From contig JAXGJZ010000001.1 in NCBI GenBank assembly GCA_040769985.1, positions 134,718 through 198,717 of the forward strand: 64,000 nt of DNA, written 5' to 3'. This document shows positions 37,600 to 47,196 of the stretch, one piece after another. Every line of letters starts with the position of its first letter. Position 1 is the first letter of the stretch. A model generated the notes under the pieces. That model had not been told where the DNA came from, made no database searches, and was given only the letters and a program-made list of their open reading frames with translations. Source of the stretch: Desulfobacterales bacterium. Its GTDB lineage: Bacteria > Desulfobacterota > Desulfobacteria > Desulfobacterales > JAHDSC01. The position numbers and the translations under genes are program-made.

Positions 37600-37959
37600 T
37601 TATTTTTTTACGAACAGATAGATGGCAAGAGCAAAAAGAATGAGAGCAAATATTTTTTTGAAATTAGCCGTTGAAACATGTTCAACCAGGCGAGCCCCTA
37701 TTTGGGCGCCGACGATCCCACCGGCACCGAGCAGGATACCGGCTTTGTAATCAATATTGGCAAGTTTGTTGTGAGCCAGAAGGGCAGAGATTGAAATGAC
37801 TAAAATGGCGAGAAAGGAAGTGCCTACCGACTTTTGTGCGGAGTAGCCCATAAAAAGCAGCAGCGGTACAATGAGAAAGCCGCCTCCCAATCCGGCGAAA
37901 GCAGCACCGATGCCTACAACGACTCCGCTCAGCAGAATGATCAAAATGCTGGTGTTCAT
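37600..37959 (-). CDS. TauE/SafE-family (sulfite exporter-like) membrane protein, half-size (119 aa)
   Basis: GIGAAFAGLGGGFLIVPLLLF...GTSFLAI...GAGGIVGAQIGARL is the typical TauE repeat unit. Only one repeat unit is present. Confidence 0.65.
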   Translation of the reverse strand: MNTSILIILLSGVVVGIGAAFAGLGGGFLIVPLLLFMGYSAQKSVGTSFLAILVISISALLAHNKLANIDYKAGILLGAGGIVGAQIGARLVEHVSTANFKKIFALILFALAIYLFVKK

Positions 37960-38349
37960 TTAGAAACCACTCCCTTTGATCGAACTTTTCCGGGAAATGA
38001 TCGAGATTGTCCTTCCTATATCAATTGCGTTGGATGCTGTAAAGGAAGGATTTTGATTTGGAGACGGCAATGCGTTCATTTCGGTAAAGAGATGACAATT
38101 ATTTTCCGTTTACAATTTTTCCTAAAAAAAAGGATTTGATGTTTCGGAATTATTTATATTATAGATAAACAGTGCCATAAAATGCCTTTCTGTTGTTTCA
38201 TGTTTTTTCTCATCCTCTTGGACTGCGAAGCTAAGACTGCACCGATCCGATTCAATGGTGACGGGAGAGGCAGCAAGCAGATACGAAACCATTCATTTCT
38301 TACCGGATTCGATTTCTTTCCCGTCCATATGAGGGTAAGGAGAACTTTC

Positions 38350-38886
38350 ATGGAGTATCGATTTTGTCCTTTTTGCGGAAATCCGTTGATTACTAAACGG
38401 CATACCGCCGGAAACCACCCATACTGCAAGTGGTGCAAGGTGGTTCATTACCGCAATCCTACCGTCGGCGTCGCTGTTCTTATGATGACAGATAACGAAT
38501 TACTGCTGGTCAAAAGATTGGGTTCTTACAAGGGGATGTGGTGCATTCCTTGCGGGCATGTGGAATGGGGAGAAGATGTTCGATCAGCGGCATATCGTGA
38601 ATTCAAAGAGGAAACAGGATTGGACGCGGAGATCGGGCCGGTTTTTTCGGCGCATTCCAATTTTCATGACCCCGAAAAACAGACGGTTGGGATATGGTTT
38701 CTGGCAAAATATATTGGTGGAAAACTTAAAGCCGGCTCGGATGCCGGTGAAGCCGCTTTTTTTCCGATCGACGCCTTGCCGGAGCCCATGGCATTTCCAA
38801 CGGACCTTCTGGTATGTGAACAATTGAAAGGGCGCCTTGGATCCCGCGAACTGTCCGGATGGCGGAATTTTAATTTTATTATTTAA
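38350..38886 (+). CDS. NUDIX hydrolase with an N-terminal zinc ribbon
   Basis: CPFCGNPL...CKWCK zinc ribbon. Nudix box GHVEWGEDVRSAAYREFKEETGL. ATG at 38350 after a TAAGGAG RBS. Confidence 0.8.
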   Translation: MEYRFCPFCGNPLITKRHTAGNHPYCKWCKVVHYRNPTVGVAVLMMTDNELLLVKRLGSYKGMWCIPCGHVEWGEDVRSAAYREFKEETGLDAEIGPVFSAHSNFHDPEKQTVGIWFLAKYIGGKLKAGSDAGEAAFFPIDALPEPMAFPTDLLVCEQLKGRLGSRELSGWRNFNFII

Positions 38887-38911
38887 GATGAAAAGAGATA
38901 GGAGATGAATC

Positions 38912-39406
38912 ATGAGCAAAACGGAGCAAAATTTAAGGGAAGCTTTTTCGGGAGAAGCCCAGGCCAATCGGAAATATCTGGCTTTTGCAAAACATGCGGA
39001 AAAAGAAGGCTACCCGCAGGCTGCCAAGCTATTTCGGGCTGCGGCAGAGGCCGAAACCGTGCATGCACACGCACATCTGCGAACTCTTGGTGAAATTAAA
39101 AGTACCGCTGAAAATCTTAAAGAAGCCATATCGGGGGAAACCCATGAATTTACAAAAATGTATCCGGACATGATCCAAACGGCTAGAACCGAGGGTAATA
39201 AGGCGGCGGAGCGCAGCTTTTCCTATGCCAATGAAGTCGAAAAGGTTCATGCCCGACTTTATCAAAAAGCTTTCGATAATCTAGACCAAATGGAAGATGT
39301 CAGATATTATGTTTGCTCCGTATGCGGATATACTTGCGAAAACGATCCTCCGGAAGTCTGTCCGGTATGCAGCGCCAAAGCTAAAGCCTTTTTCGAAGTG
39401 ATTTGA
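38912..39406 (+). CDS. rbr: Rubrerythrin
   Basis: TEQNLREAFSGEAQANRKYLAFA...E..H four-helix diiron motifs. C-terminal rubredoxin-like CSVCGY...CPVCSA. Confidence 0.9.
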   Translation: MSKTEQNLREAFSGEAQANRKYLAFAKHAEKEGYPQAAKLFRAAAEAETVHAHAHLRTLGEIKSTAENLKEAISGETHEFTKMYPDMIQTARTEGNKAAERSFSYANEVEKVHARLYQKAFDNLDQMEDVRYYVCSVCGYTCENDPPEVCPVCSAKAKAFFEVI

Positions 39407-39852
39407 AGCAAAACAGATATCAAGCCTCAAATGCATGATGTGGATGCAATAGATAGTCACAAGGGCGAAATGTGAAGATTTGAATGTTTTGCTATTCAAC
39501 GGAATAAGACGGGCTCCTGTAAACCGCCTTCGATTTACTCTGCCTTTGAAGGCATTCTATCGGATGAGGGCATAAACCGAATACGGGAAAATGGAAACGG
39601 ATCATTGCGGTTTTAGATGACCTGTTTTACGCCTGGCAGTAAGGCGGATCGTGTTAGTGACCGAAGGAAGCGAGCGGGCAGCCCGATCCGTTGAAACATT
39701 TGCCACATTCCGTCAAAAAACGACGTCCCCTTCTTATGATGCGATAAGGGATACCTCCCTGCAGTGTGTCCGGTTTATCATAGAACCGGGTTGCTATTAT
39801 TACCACCTGTTCCGGTAAGTTTAACGCATAAATTTAAGGCGAGGAGGAAAAA

Positions 39853-40503
39853 ATGGCGGATTTAATTGAAAACGGGTTTTTCGAGGAAAACGATTTGAGG
39901 CCGTGGGAAAGGTGCGTTAATAATGAGTTGGGTGAGCTTTGGATATGTCTTGAAGAAGAAGAGCCTGGATTCCCCCGCATGGCCTGGCATTTTACCGGGG
40001 AAGGTTCTCTGACCAGAGTGAATTATGTGTTTTTAACGGACTACAACCTGAGACTTACCAGCAATGACGGCATAAAACAGCAGCTTATGAGTGACGCCCG
40101 GGCAGGTGGAGATTTCTCTCTATGGGCGCATTGCACACCACTTGATCAAGAGGCAGGCGAGTTGTATGCTTTTATCTGTTACAGAGACCATACTTTTAAC
40201 TATGGCAGGCTGATACGCGACCAGCTACGCAATTTTACCGGCCCCACCGAACTCACCATCGAAGTTCAGGATAAGACAATAGAAAAGGTCGTAATTTGCG
40301 TTGCCAATGCACATGCCTCGTGGTTTATCAGCGGCATCTCACTGCCGGGGCTCGAGAGGAAAATCTTGAAGCGACCCTACAGGCCGGCTCAATATATTGA
40401 GAACCGTTTGGAACTGCTCGAAACGCAGGTAAACCGCTTGTTTCACATTGTTGCGAAAGGCCTGCCTCCGGAAGAGGACAGGCCGGGTTCGCGGAAACGA
40501 TAG
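39853..40503 (+). CDS. Hypothetical protein of 216 aa, family unknown
   Basis: Strong GGAGG RBS 7 nt upstream of the ATG. The N-terminal ~165 aa begin ENGFFEENDLRPWE, faintly reminiscent of CBM/jelly-roll openings. The C-terminal part has a predicted helical or coiled segment, ENRLELLETQVNRLFHIV. No confident family. Confidence 0.55.
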   Translation: MADLIENGFFEENDLRPWERCVNNELGELWICLEEEEPGFPRMAWHFTGEGSLTRVNYVFLTDYNLRLTSNDGIKQQLMSDARAGGDFSLWAHCTPLDQEAGELYAFICYRDHTFNYGRLIRDQLRNFTGPTELTIEVQDKTIEKVVICVANAHASWFISGISLPGLERKILKRPYRPAQYIENRLELLETQVNRLFHIVAKGLPPEEDRPGSRKR

Positions 40504-41097
40504 CGGGGCGGCTTGTATGTATAATTGCATTTCTGTTCCCCCCTGATTCACTTGAATTTCTTATATGCACGGGTCCTTTTCGAACCGGAAACAAACAGCC
40601 TTTTCCCCTTGCGGCGGTTACAGCCGAACCATGAAAACTGTAGAAATCTTCAGGATGTGCATAAGGTTTTTGGACTGTTTAGCGACCGCGGTCAATCAAA
40701 AGTTTGGTTTGGATAGATCATTTTGTATGGCCGACTTCTCCTAAGAAAACGGCCGCAGTCAAATACTGCTTTACATTGCGTCAAGCATCAGGTCGGGCGA
40801 TAGCAAACGCATAATTCTCTCGGGCCCGTGCTTGACTCGGTCGTTATTTGACCATAAACACCATCGACAACTGCGTTCATCAGGCCCACACAAGAGAACT
40901 TTTCATCGGAATTGAGCGGCCGTGCCTCGGTTTACAATAAAAACCAGGACTCGTGCATTGAAGGGCCACGCTCCTTTTCGCGGCAATTTCGTATACTTCA
41001 TGAAGACCTGATTCTCGCCGCCGTGGTCAAACTCATTATCCCAGTCAAATCGTCCCCTCCACTGCGTCGAGTCAATAAACATTATAGGAGTTGTGAT

Positions 41098-42207
41098 ATG
41101 CCAAGGAATAAGATCAATATTTCTGATGAAATCGAACATCTGTCCGTGCTGAACGAAAAGGGACAGTTGGACAAGGATCTTGAACCGGAAATTTCTGAAA
41201 CGCTGCTTCTCAATATTCATCGAACCATGCTCTTGGGACGAAGATTCGACGAACGGTTGTTGAACCTCCAGCGACAGGGCCGCATCGGAACTTTTGCGCC
41301 GATTACAGGTCAGGAGGCTGCTCAACTGGGCGCTGTAGCGGTGTTGCGGTCTTCCGATTGGATGGTGCCTTCTTTTCGGGAAACCGCGGCCGAAATTTGG
41401 CGTGGCAGGACAATGGAAAGCCTTATCCTCTATTATAGCGGGTTCAATGAGGGGGGACGCATTCCTGATGATATGAACAATCTTCCCGTTTGCGTACCGG
41501 TTGCAACCCATCTTCTTCACGCCGTCGGTCTGGCGTGGGCCTTGGGATACCGAAAAAAAGACGATGTCGTGATGACATTTTTTGGAGATGGTGCGACCTC
41601 GGAAGGCGATTTTCATGAAGGATTGAATTTTGCCGGTGTATACCGTACCCCCGTTATATTTGTATGCCAGAACAATCAATGGGCCATCTCGGTACCCCGT
41701 TCAAAACAGACCCGCTCGCAAACGCTTGCTCAGAAAGCCCTTGCTTACGGTATTCCCGGTCTTCAAGTGGACGGAAACGATCTTCTGGCTGTTTATTCCG
41801 CTGCGAAAGAAGCAGTGGAAAGAGCCAGGTCCGGCGGCGGTCCGACTCTGATCGAATGCGTGACCTATCGATTGATGATGCACACGACAGCGGATGATCC
41901 GAAACGCTATCGAAAGGAAGAGGAAGTTCAGGAATGGGTCGGTCGGGATCCGTTGCCGAGGTTCCAAAAATACCTGATAGAAAATAAAAAGCTGCTTTCA
42001 AAAGAAAAAATTGATCGTCTTGAAACTGAGATCAAAGAGGAGATCCAGGCTGCCGTCGAACGAGCAGAGGAGCAGAAAAGTAAACTGAAGGAACCGCTTG
42101 AAATGTTCGATCATGTTTATGCCGAATTGCCGAAAAACCTGAAAGAACAAAAAGCACAACTTGCCGGAGAGCTGTCCGGGAATAAGAAGGAGGACGGCCA
42201 TGACTAA
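41098..42207 (+). CDS. 2-oxoacid dehydrogenase E1 component, alpha subunit (TPP-dependent)
   Basis: GQEAAQLGA...FFGDGATSEGDFHEGLNFA...PVIFVCQNNQWAIS is the TPP-binding motif. ATG at 41098 after AGGAG. Confidence 0.85.
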   Translation: MPRNKINISDEIEHLSVLNEKGQLDKDLEPEISETLLLNIHRTMLLGRRFDERLLNLQRQGRIGTFAPITGQEAAQLGAVAVLRSSDWMVPSFRETAAEIWRGRTMESLILYYSGFNEGGRIPDDMNNLPVCVPVATHLLHAVGLAWALGYRKKDDVVMTFFGDGATSEGDFHEGLNFAGVYRTPVIFVCQNNQWAISVPRSKQTRSQTLAQKALAYGIPGLQVDGNDLLAVYSAAKEAVERARSGGGPTLIECVTYRLMMHTTADDPKRYRKEEEVQEWVGRDPLPRFQKYLIENKKLLSKEKIDRLETEIKEEIQAAVERAEEQKSKLKEPLEMFDHVYAELPKNLKEQKAQLAGELSGNKKEDGHD

Positions 42208-43180
42208 TATGACGATGGTTCAGGCCTTGAATCTGGCCCTTCGCCAGGAAATGGAAAAAGACGACGGCATCATTTTGTTGGGTGAGGATGTGGGTGTGGA
42301 TGGAGGGGTTTTTCGCGTCACCGAAGGACTGATCGAAAAGTTCGGGGAACAGCGGGTTCTGGATACCCCTCTTGCAGAATCCGGTATTGTTGGCATGTCG
42401 ATCGGAATGGCGGCCTACGGATTGCGGCCGGTATGCGAAATCCAGTTCTCGGGATTCAGCTACCTGAGTTTCCACCAGATCGAATCCCACGCCTCCCGTC
42501 TGCGATGGCGCTCACAGGGACGATTCCACGTACCCATGGTCGTGAGAACCCCATACGGAGGCGGAGTTCGGGCGTTGGAACACCATTCAGAAAGCCGGGA
42601 AGCGTTTTATGCGCACATGCCGGGGCTCAAAATGGTTATCCCTTCCGGTCCTCGTATTGCAAGAGCGCTTCTCGTCAGCGCCATCCGGGACCCGGACCCC
42701 GTAATCTTTTTTGAACCGAAAGCTCTTTACCGTGCTTTTCGTGAAGAGGTGCCGGATGAAGAAGAGACCTGCCCACTTGGGAAGTCCCGGCTCGTTTTAG
42801 AAGGAGAAGATTTAACGATGATTTCCTATGGCGCAATGATGCGTCCGAGTTTGGATGCCGCCTCTGAGCTCAAAGACAAGGATGGGATTCGCGTCGAGGT
42901 GATCGATCTGGTGACGATTTCCCCATTGGATGATGAACTTTTTGTTCAATCCGTAAAAAAAACGGGGCGCGCAATGGTGATACACGAGGCTCCTCGAAGC
43001 TTTGGCCCGGGAGCTGAGATTGTATCTCGACTTGTGGAAAAGGCATTTTTTTATCTGGAAGTTCCGATTTCAAGAGTCACCGGTTTTGATATTCTCATTC
43101 CACTGTTTTCTCGTGAAAACTACTACTTGCCGAATGTTCAGCGTATCGTTCGTTCCGCCAGACAGTTGTTAAAGACTTAG
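42200..43180 (+). CDS. 2-oxoacid dehydrogenase E1 component, beta subunit
   Basis: MVQALNLALRQEM..D..I.LLGEDVG..GGVFRVT.GL...FG..RVLDTPLAE.GIVG. The start overlaps the E1 alpha stop. Confidence 0.88.
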   Translation: MTNMTMVQALNLALRQEMEKDDGIILLGEDVGVDGGVFRVTEGLIEKFGEQRVLDTPLAESGIVGMSIGMAAYGLRPVCEIQFSGFSYLSFHQIESHASRLRWRSQGRFHVPMVVRTPYGGGVRALEHHSESREAFYAHMPGLKMVIPSGPRIARALLVSAIRDPDPVIFFEPKALYRAFREEVPDEEETCPLGKSRLVLEGEDLTMISYGAMMRPSLDAASELKDKDGIRVEVIDLVTISPLDDELFVQSVKKTGRAMVIHEAPRSFGPGAEIVSRLVEKAFFYLEVPISRVTGFDILIPLFSRENYYLPNVQRIVRSARQLLKT

Positions 43181-43309
43181 TTGATTGCATCGGTAAAGGC
43201 TTTAAAACCCAGGGCAAAGGGTGAAATGAAAACCGCGGAAAACCGGAAAACGGGTTCACCTTTCGACACGAAACCTTTTTAATTATAGAAGTCCATGGGA
43301 GAGGAAAAA

Positions 43310-44581
43310 ATGGCCAGAAAATTTAGACTTCCGGACTTGGGAGAGGGTATTCATGAGGCAGAAGTTCTTGCCATCCTTGTTGCAGTCGGTGATGAGGTCC
43401 GGGAAGGAGATCCGATTCTTGAAATCGAAACGGATAAAGCGGCAGTGGAAATCCCTTCCCCCTTTACAGGGAGAGTCAAGGAAATTTACGTCAGGCCGGG
43501 TGACGTTGTAAAAGTCAATGACGTTATGATCGTCTTTGAAAACGGTGAAGCGTTTGAAGAGAAAGATCGGATAACAAAAGTAAAAACACCCGTCGAATCG
43601 GAGGATACTCCACTTGAACCGAGCCACGGTGCCGTACCGGTACCCGCATCCCCCGCGACGCGGAGGCTGGCCCGTGAAAAAGGAGTGGATCTTCATCAGG
43701 TCACACCCAGCGGCCCGGGGGGATTGGTGACGGCGGAAGACGTTCGCGCTTCTGCTGAAAAGAAAGGAAAGACGGCGGAGGGTTCCCGGATTGCTGTAAA
43801 AAAAACGCAGGAGAGAAGATTAGAGGTTGTCGTTTCTTCCTTACCTGATTTTTCAAAGTGGGGGCCCGTCGAACGTGTTCCGGTTCGTTCGATTCGAAAG
43901 GCTACGGTCAAACAAATGACTCTGGCTTGGTCCCAAATTCCTCATGTGAATAGTCAGGATGCGGTGGATATTACCAGGCTGGAAGCATTCCGCCTGAAGC
44001 ATAAGGGGGAAATCGAAGCGATGGGCGGAAAGCTCACGCTTACCGTATTCGCAATGAAAGCGGTGGCTGCCGCCCTGAAAACCTATCCGAACTTCAATGC
44101 CAGTTTGGACACCGAGGCCGAAGAAATTATTATCAAGCGATATTTCAACATTGGGGTCGCAGTGGACACGAATGAAGGCCTTATCGTCCCGGTAATCCGG
44201 GATGTTGACCGCAAGAGTATCCAGGAAATATCCATTGAGCTGAATGATCTGATTCGAAAAACCCGCGAAAGAAAAATAACTTTGGACGAACTGCAGGGCG
44301 GCACATTTACGATTACGAATGTGGGGCCGATGGGGGGAGGGCATTTTTCACCCATTATCAACTATCCGGAGGTGGCCATCTTGGGAATGGGTTCCGCACG
44401 CCTTCAACCGGTGGTTCGGAAAAAAGAAAAAAATGAGCATCTGATCGTGCCGAGGCTGATGATGCCGGTCGTCCTGTGTATTGATCACCGCGTGGTGGAC
44501 GGTGCGGATGCCATTCGATTCATGCGTGTGGTCATTAAAGCCCTCGAAGATCCGGATGAATTGTTGATAACAATGATATAG
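43310..44581 (+). CDS. Dihydrolipoamide acyltransferase, E2 component
   Basis: Lipoyl domain LPDLGEGIHEAEV...LEIETDKAAVEIPSP. E3-binding PATRRLAREKGVDL. Catalytic DHRVVDGA. Confidence 0.9.
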   Translation: MARKFRLPDLGEGIHEAEVLAILVAVGDEVREGDPILEIETDKAAVEIPSPFTGRVKEIYVRPGDVVKVNDVMIVFENGEAFEEKDRITKVKTPVESEDTPLEPSHGAVPVPASPATRRLAREKGVDLHQVTPSGPGGLVTAEDVRASAEKKGKTAEGSRIAVKKTQERRLEVVVSSLPDFSKWGPVERVPVRSIRKATVKQMTLAWSQIPHVNSQDAVDITRLEAFRLKHKGEIEAMGGKLTLTVFAMKAVAAALKTYPNFNASLDTEAEEIIIKRYFNIGVAVDTNEGLIVPVIRDVDRKSIQEISIELNDLIRKTRERKITLDELQGGTFTITNVGPMGGGHFSPIINYPEVAILGMGSARLQPVVRKKEKNEHLIVPRLMMPVVLCIDHRVVDGADAIRFMRVVIKALEDPDELLITMI

Positions 44582-44682
44582 ATGCGGATATTCGTTTACA
44601 GGCAAAATTGTTCCGCATCGTATCCGTTTTCGGCTTTATCTCAACCCTTCTTTCGATAAACGATAAAGGAGGAAGAATAACA

Positions 44683-46113
44683 ATGGTTATGGGGGAACTG
44701 ACTCAGGAAACCGAAGTTTTGGTTATCGGAAGCGGACCGGGCGGATATGCGGCAGCTTTTCGAGCGGCGGATTTAGGTCTGGAAGTTACAATGGTTGACC
44801 CGGAACCGCGACCCGGTGGAGAATGCCTTTTTCGGGGTTGTATTCCTTCCAAGACCTATCTCTATTTGTCGGAACTTATCCATGATGCCAAACGTGCGGA
44901 AGCCATGGGAGTGATTTTCGGCCGACCGCGAATCGATCTGGATTCTCTCCGTGCCTGGAAGCAAAAAATTGTTGATCAGCTGGCAAACGGACTGCTGGAC
45001 CTGAGTAACCGGCGAGGCGTTCAGTTGGTGCAGGGTACAGCCGTATTTGAAGGATCCGACCGGGTACGGCTTTCGGGCGCTCCGATAAGTCATATTCAAT
45101 TCAAGAACGCTATTCTTGCCACGGGGTCTCATCCCGCGCCTTTCAGGGAAATAAAATTCAAAAAAGGAAGCCGGGTGATGGACTCCGCAAGTGCATTGGA
45201 ATTAACGGACATTCCTGAATCGCTTTTGGTTATCGGCGGCGGATATATCGCGCTGGAATTGGGCACGGTTTACGCTTCCTTGGGAAGCCGGGTGACTATT
45301 GCAGTCCGATCCGGAAGGCTGTTAAGGGGAGCCGATCCAGACCTTGTGGCTCCGTTGATCACCAGATTAAATGAAACTTTTGAGGCGATTCATTTCAATA
45401 CAACGGTTTCTTCCCTGGAAGAAAATCACGACCATGTGAAAGTAAAATTTGAAGGGGGGTTGGATAAAGACGAACAAACCTTTGACCGTGTTCTCATTGC
45501 CGTCGGCCGAAAACCAAATTCGGTTGATATCGGCCTTGAGACCACCAAAGTAAAACTGGACGATAGAGGATTTGTTATGGTTGATGAATATCAGCGCACC
45601 ACCGATGAACGCATCTTTGCCGTCGGGGATGTTGCCGGTGGAATGCTTTTGGCTCACAAAGCATCACGGGAAGGAAAAGTGGCGGCTGAAGTCATAGCTG
45701 GAGAGCCGTCGGCTTTTGATGCGCGGGCCATTCCCTCGGTTGTATATACGGATCCTCAGGTCTCATGGTGTGGCTTAACGGAGCAGCAGGCCGAAAAAGA
45801 GCAGATCTTCGTAAAGGTTGAACGATTTCCATGGAAATTTTCAGGGAGAGCCATGACCATGGGTGTCGGGAATGGTCTAACAAAGATTCTTATCAGGCCT
45901 GAAACAGGGCAGATTTTAGGGGTCGGAATTTCCGGTCGCGATTCGGAGGGTTTGATATCGGAAGGGGTTCTTGCTGTTGAAATGGGAGCTTTGGCAGAAG
46001 ACCTGGCATTGAGCGTTCATCCGCACCCCACGCTCTCAGAGACGGAGGCGGAGGCTGCCGAAATTTTTATCGGGAGTGCGATCCATGTTCCTCCTAATAA
46101 AAAACGAAAATGA
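44683..46113 (+). CDS. lpdA: Dihydrolipoyl dehydrogenase, E3 component
   Basis: VIGSGPGGYAAAFRAA...GGECLFRGCIPSK redox-active disulfide. HPHPTLSE C-terminal motif. ATG at 44683 after AAGGAGG. Confidence 0.9.
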   Translation: MVMGELTQETEVLVIGSGPGGYAAAFRAADLGLEVTMVDPEPRPGGECLFRGCIPSKTYLYLSELIHDAKRAEAMGVIFGRPRIDLDSLRAWKQKIVDQLANGLLDLSNRRGVQLVQGTAVFEGSDRVRLSGAPISHIQFKNAILATGSHPAPFREIKFKKGSRVMDSASALELTDIPESLLVIGGGYIALELGTVYASLGSRVTIAVRSGRLLRGADPDLVAPLITRLNETFEAIHFNTTVSSLEENHDHVKVKFEGGLDKDEQTFDRVLIAVGRKPNSVDIGLETTKVKLDDRGFVMVDEYQRTTDERIFAVGDVAGGMLLAHKASREGKVAAEVIAGEPSAFDARAIPSVVYTDPQVSWCGLTEQQAEKEQIFVKVERFPWKFSGRAMTMGVGNGLTKILIRPETGQILGVGISGRDSEGLISEGVLAVEMGALAEDLALSVHPHPTLSETEAEAAEIFIGSAIHVPPNKKRK

Positions 46114-46256
46114 TGTTCTGTATGCCTGCGCGGAAAAAAAATTATTTCAATTGCTTCGTATTGTACGTCAGATTTATTTGACACTCCGAATTTAATTTTT
46201 TATATTGCATGGAAATAAAAAATTTGCCCCATTTCTGCGAATGAAAGGAGAATCGA

Positions 46257-46649
46257 ATGAGAATCATGGTGTGTTATGATGGGTCAAATGCGTCAAAAGA
46301 GGCTTTGATGCTGGCCAGGAAGCATGCGAAAGCCTTCAATGCCAAAGTAGACGTTGTCACTTCCATGTTAAAGGGAACCCAGTACCAATTGGTGGAGATC
46401 GAAAAGGAGGAACACGATCTGGATTATGCGAAAACACTTTTCGAAAAGGATGGAATTGCATGTGAAACCCATCTCTTGATTCGGGGCTTAACCCCTGGTG
46501 AAGATATGATTCAATTTGCCAGAGAAAACAATATCGATGAAATCATAATCGGTGTCACACGAAAGTCAAAAGTCGGAAAGTTTCTTTTGGGATCCACTGC
46601 ACAGTACGTAGTTTTAGAAGCCGAATGCCCTGTTGTGACGGTCAAGTGA
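46257..46649 (+). CDS. Universal stress protein (UspA family)
   Basis: MRIMVCYDGS..S..AL..A...A......V.V......DEIIIG...KSKVGKFLLGSTAQYVV..A.CPV..V. Confidence 0.8.
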   Translation: MRIMVCYDGSNASKEALMLARKHAKAFNAKVDVVTSMLKGTQYQLVEIEKEEHDLDYAKTLFEKDGIACETHLLIRGLTPGEDMIQFARENNIDEIIIGVTRKSKVGKFLLGSTAQYVVLEAECPVVTVK

Positions 46650-47001
46650 TTCCCAACGTTCTTCACGCTTGGTGTTTCATGCACAATTACACATACGGAT
46701 AACAGGCGATGTTTGACCGGTTTCATGTTTTCAATTTTACTCGTTTTTTTTTCATACATCTCATTCTCACCCTTTCGGTTTGACGGATTTATCCCACCAT
46801 TAAAAAAGCTTGTATGCTTCATCCAAATTCTCACACCGCTTCCATGAAAATCTTTCCTGTGCTTTTCGAATCCGAAAATCACCACCCGAAGGAGAGTCGA
46901 TCGTTTTGTAACCGAAGCGCTGAATGTCATTCAAGGCAAAATCAAAGATCCTTCCGGAAATTATTTCAATCAAAACAATATGGATAAAACATATTTAAAC
47001 C

Positions 47002-47030
47002 TTGACCATTTAACGTTCAATATATATAAT
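47002..47030 (+). promoter_or_regulatory. Candidate sigma-70 promoter (TTGACC-17 nt-TATAAT), about 170 nt upstream of the KamA-family gene
   Basis: TTGACC at 47002-47007 and TATAAT at 47025-47030, read directly from the sequence. Confidence 0.45.
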
Positions 47031-47196
47031 CAATCACATTAATGGCTTGCGCATTATTCCTATTTTTATGCGAAATCATTCGACCGACAAGATAGCTATT
47101 GAAAACCTCAAAATTTTTAAAGCTCCCTTGGGTCCCACATAAGCGGAGCATAGCAGCGGTCGCTTCGTTATTCAAAAAAAGCAGAGGAGGTCTGAG

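Noticed and set aside
40903-41679. 258-aa minus-strand ORF overlapping the E1 alpha gene
   Set aside because: Most of it is antisense to a well-supported TPP-enzyme gene. Only its last roughly 65 codons lie in the spacer; these are mentioned as a possible remnant in the islet finding.
42032-42490. 152-aa minus-strand ORF across the E1 alpha/E1 beta junction, plus similar antisense ORFs at 43283-43696, 43853-44344 and 44773-45132
   Set aside because: These are shadow ORFs opposite strongly supported dehydrogenase genes.
46511-46930. 139-aa minus-strand ORF downstream of the usp gene
   Set aside because: It overlaps the 3' end of the usp gene antisense. It has no RBS and no family signature.
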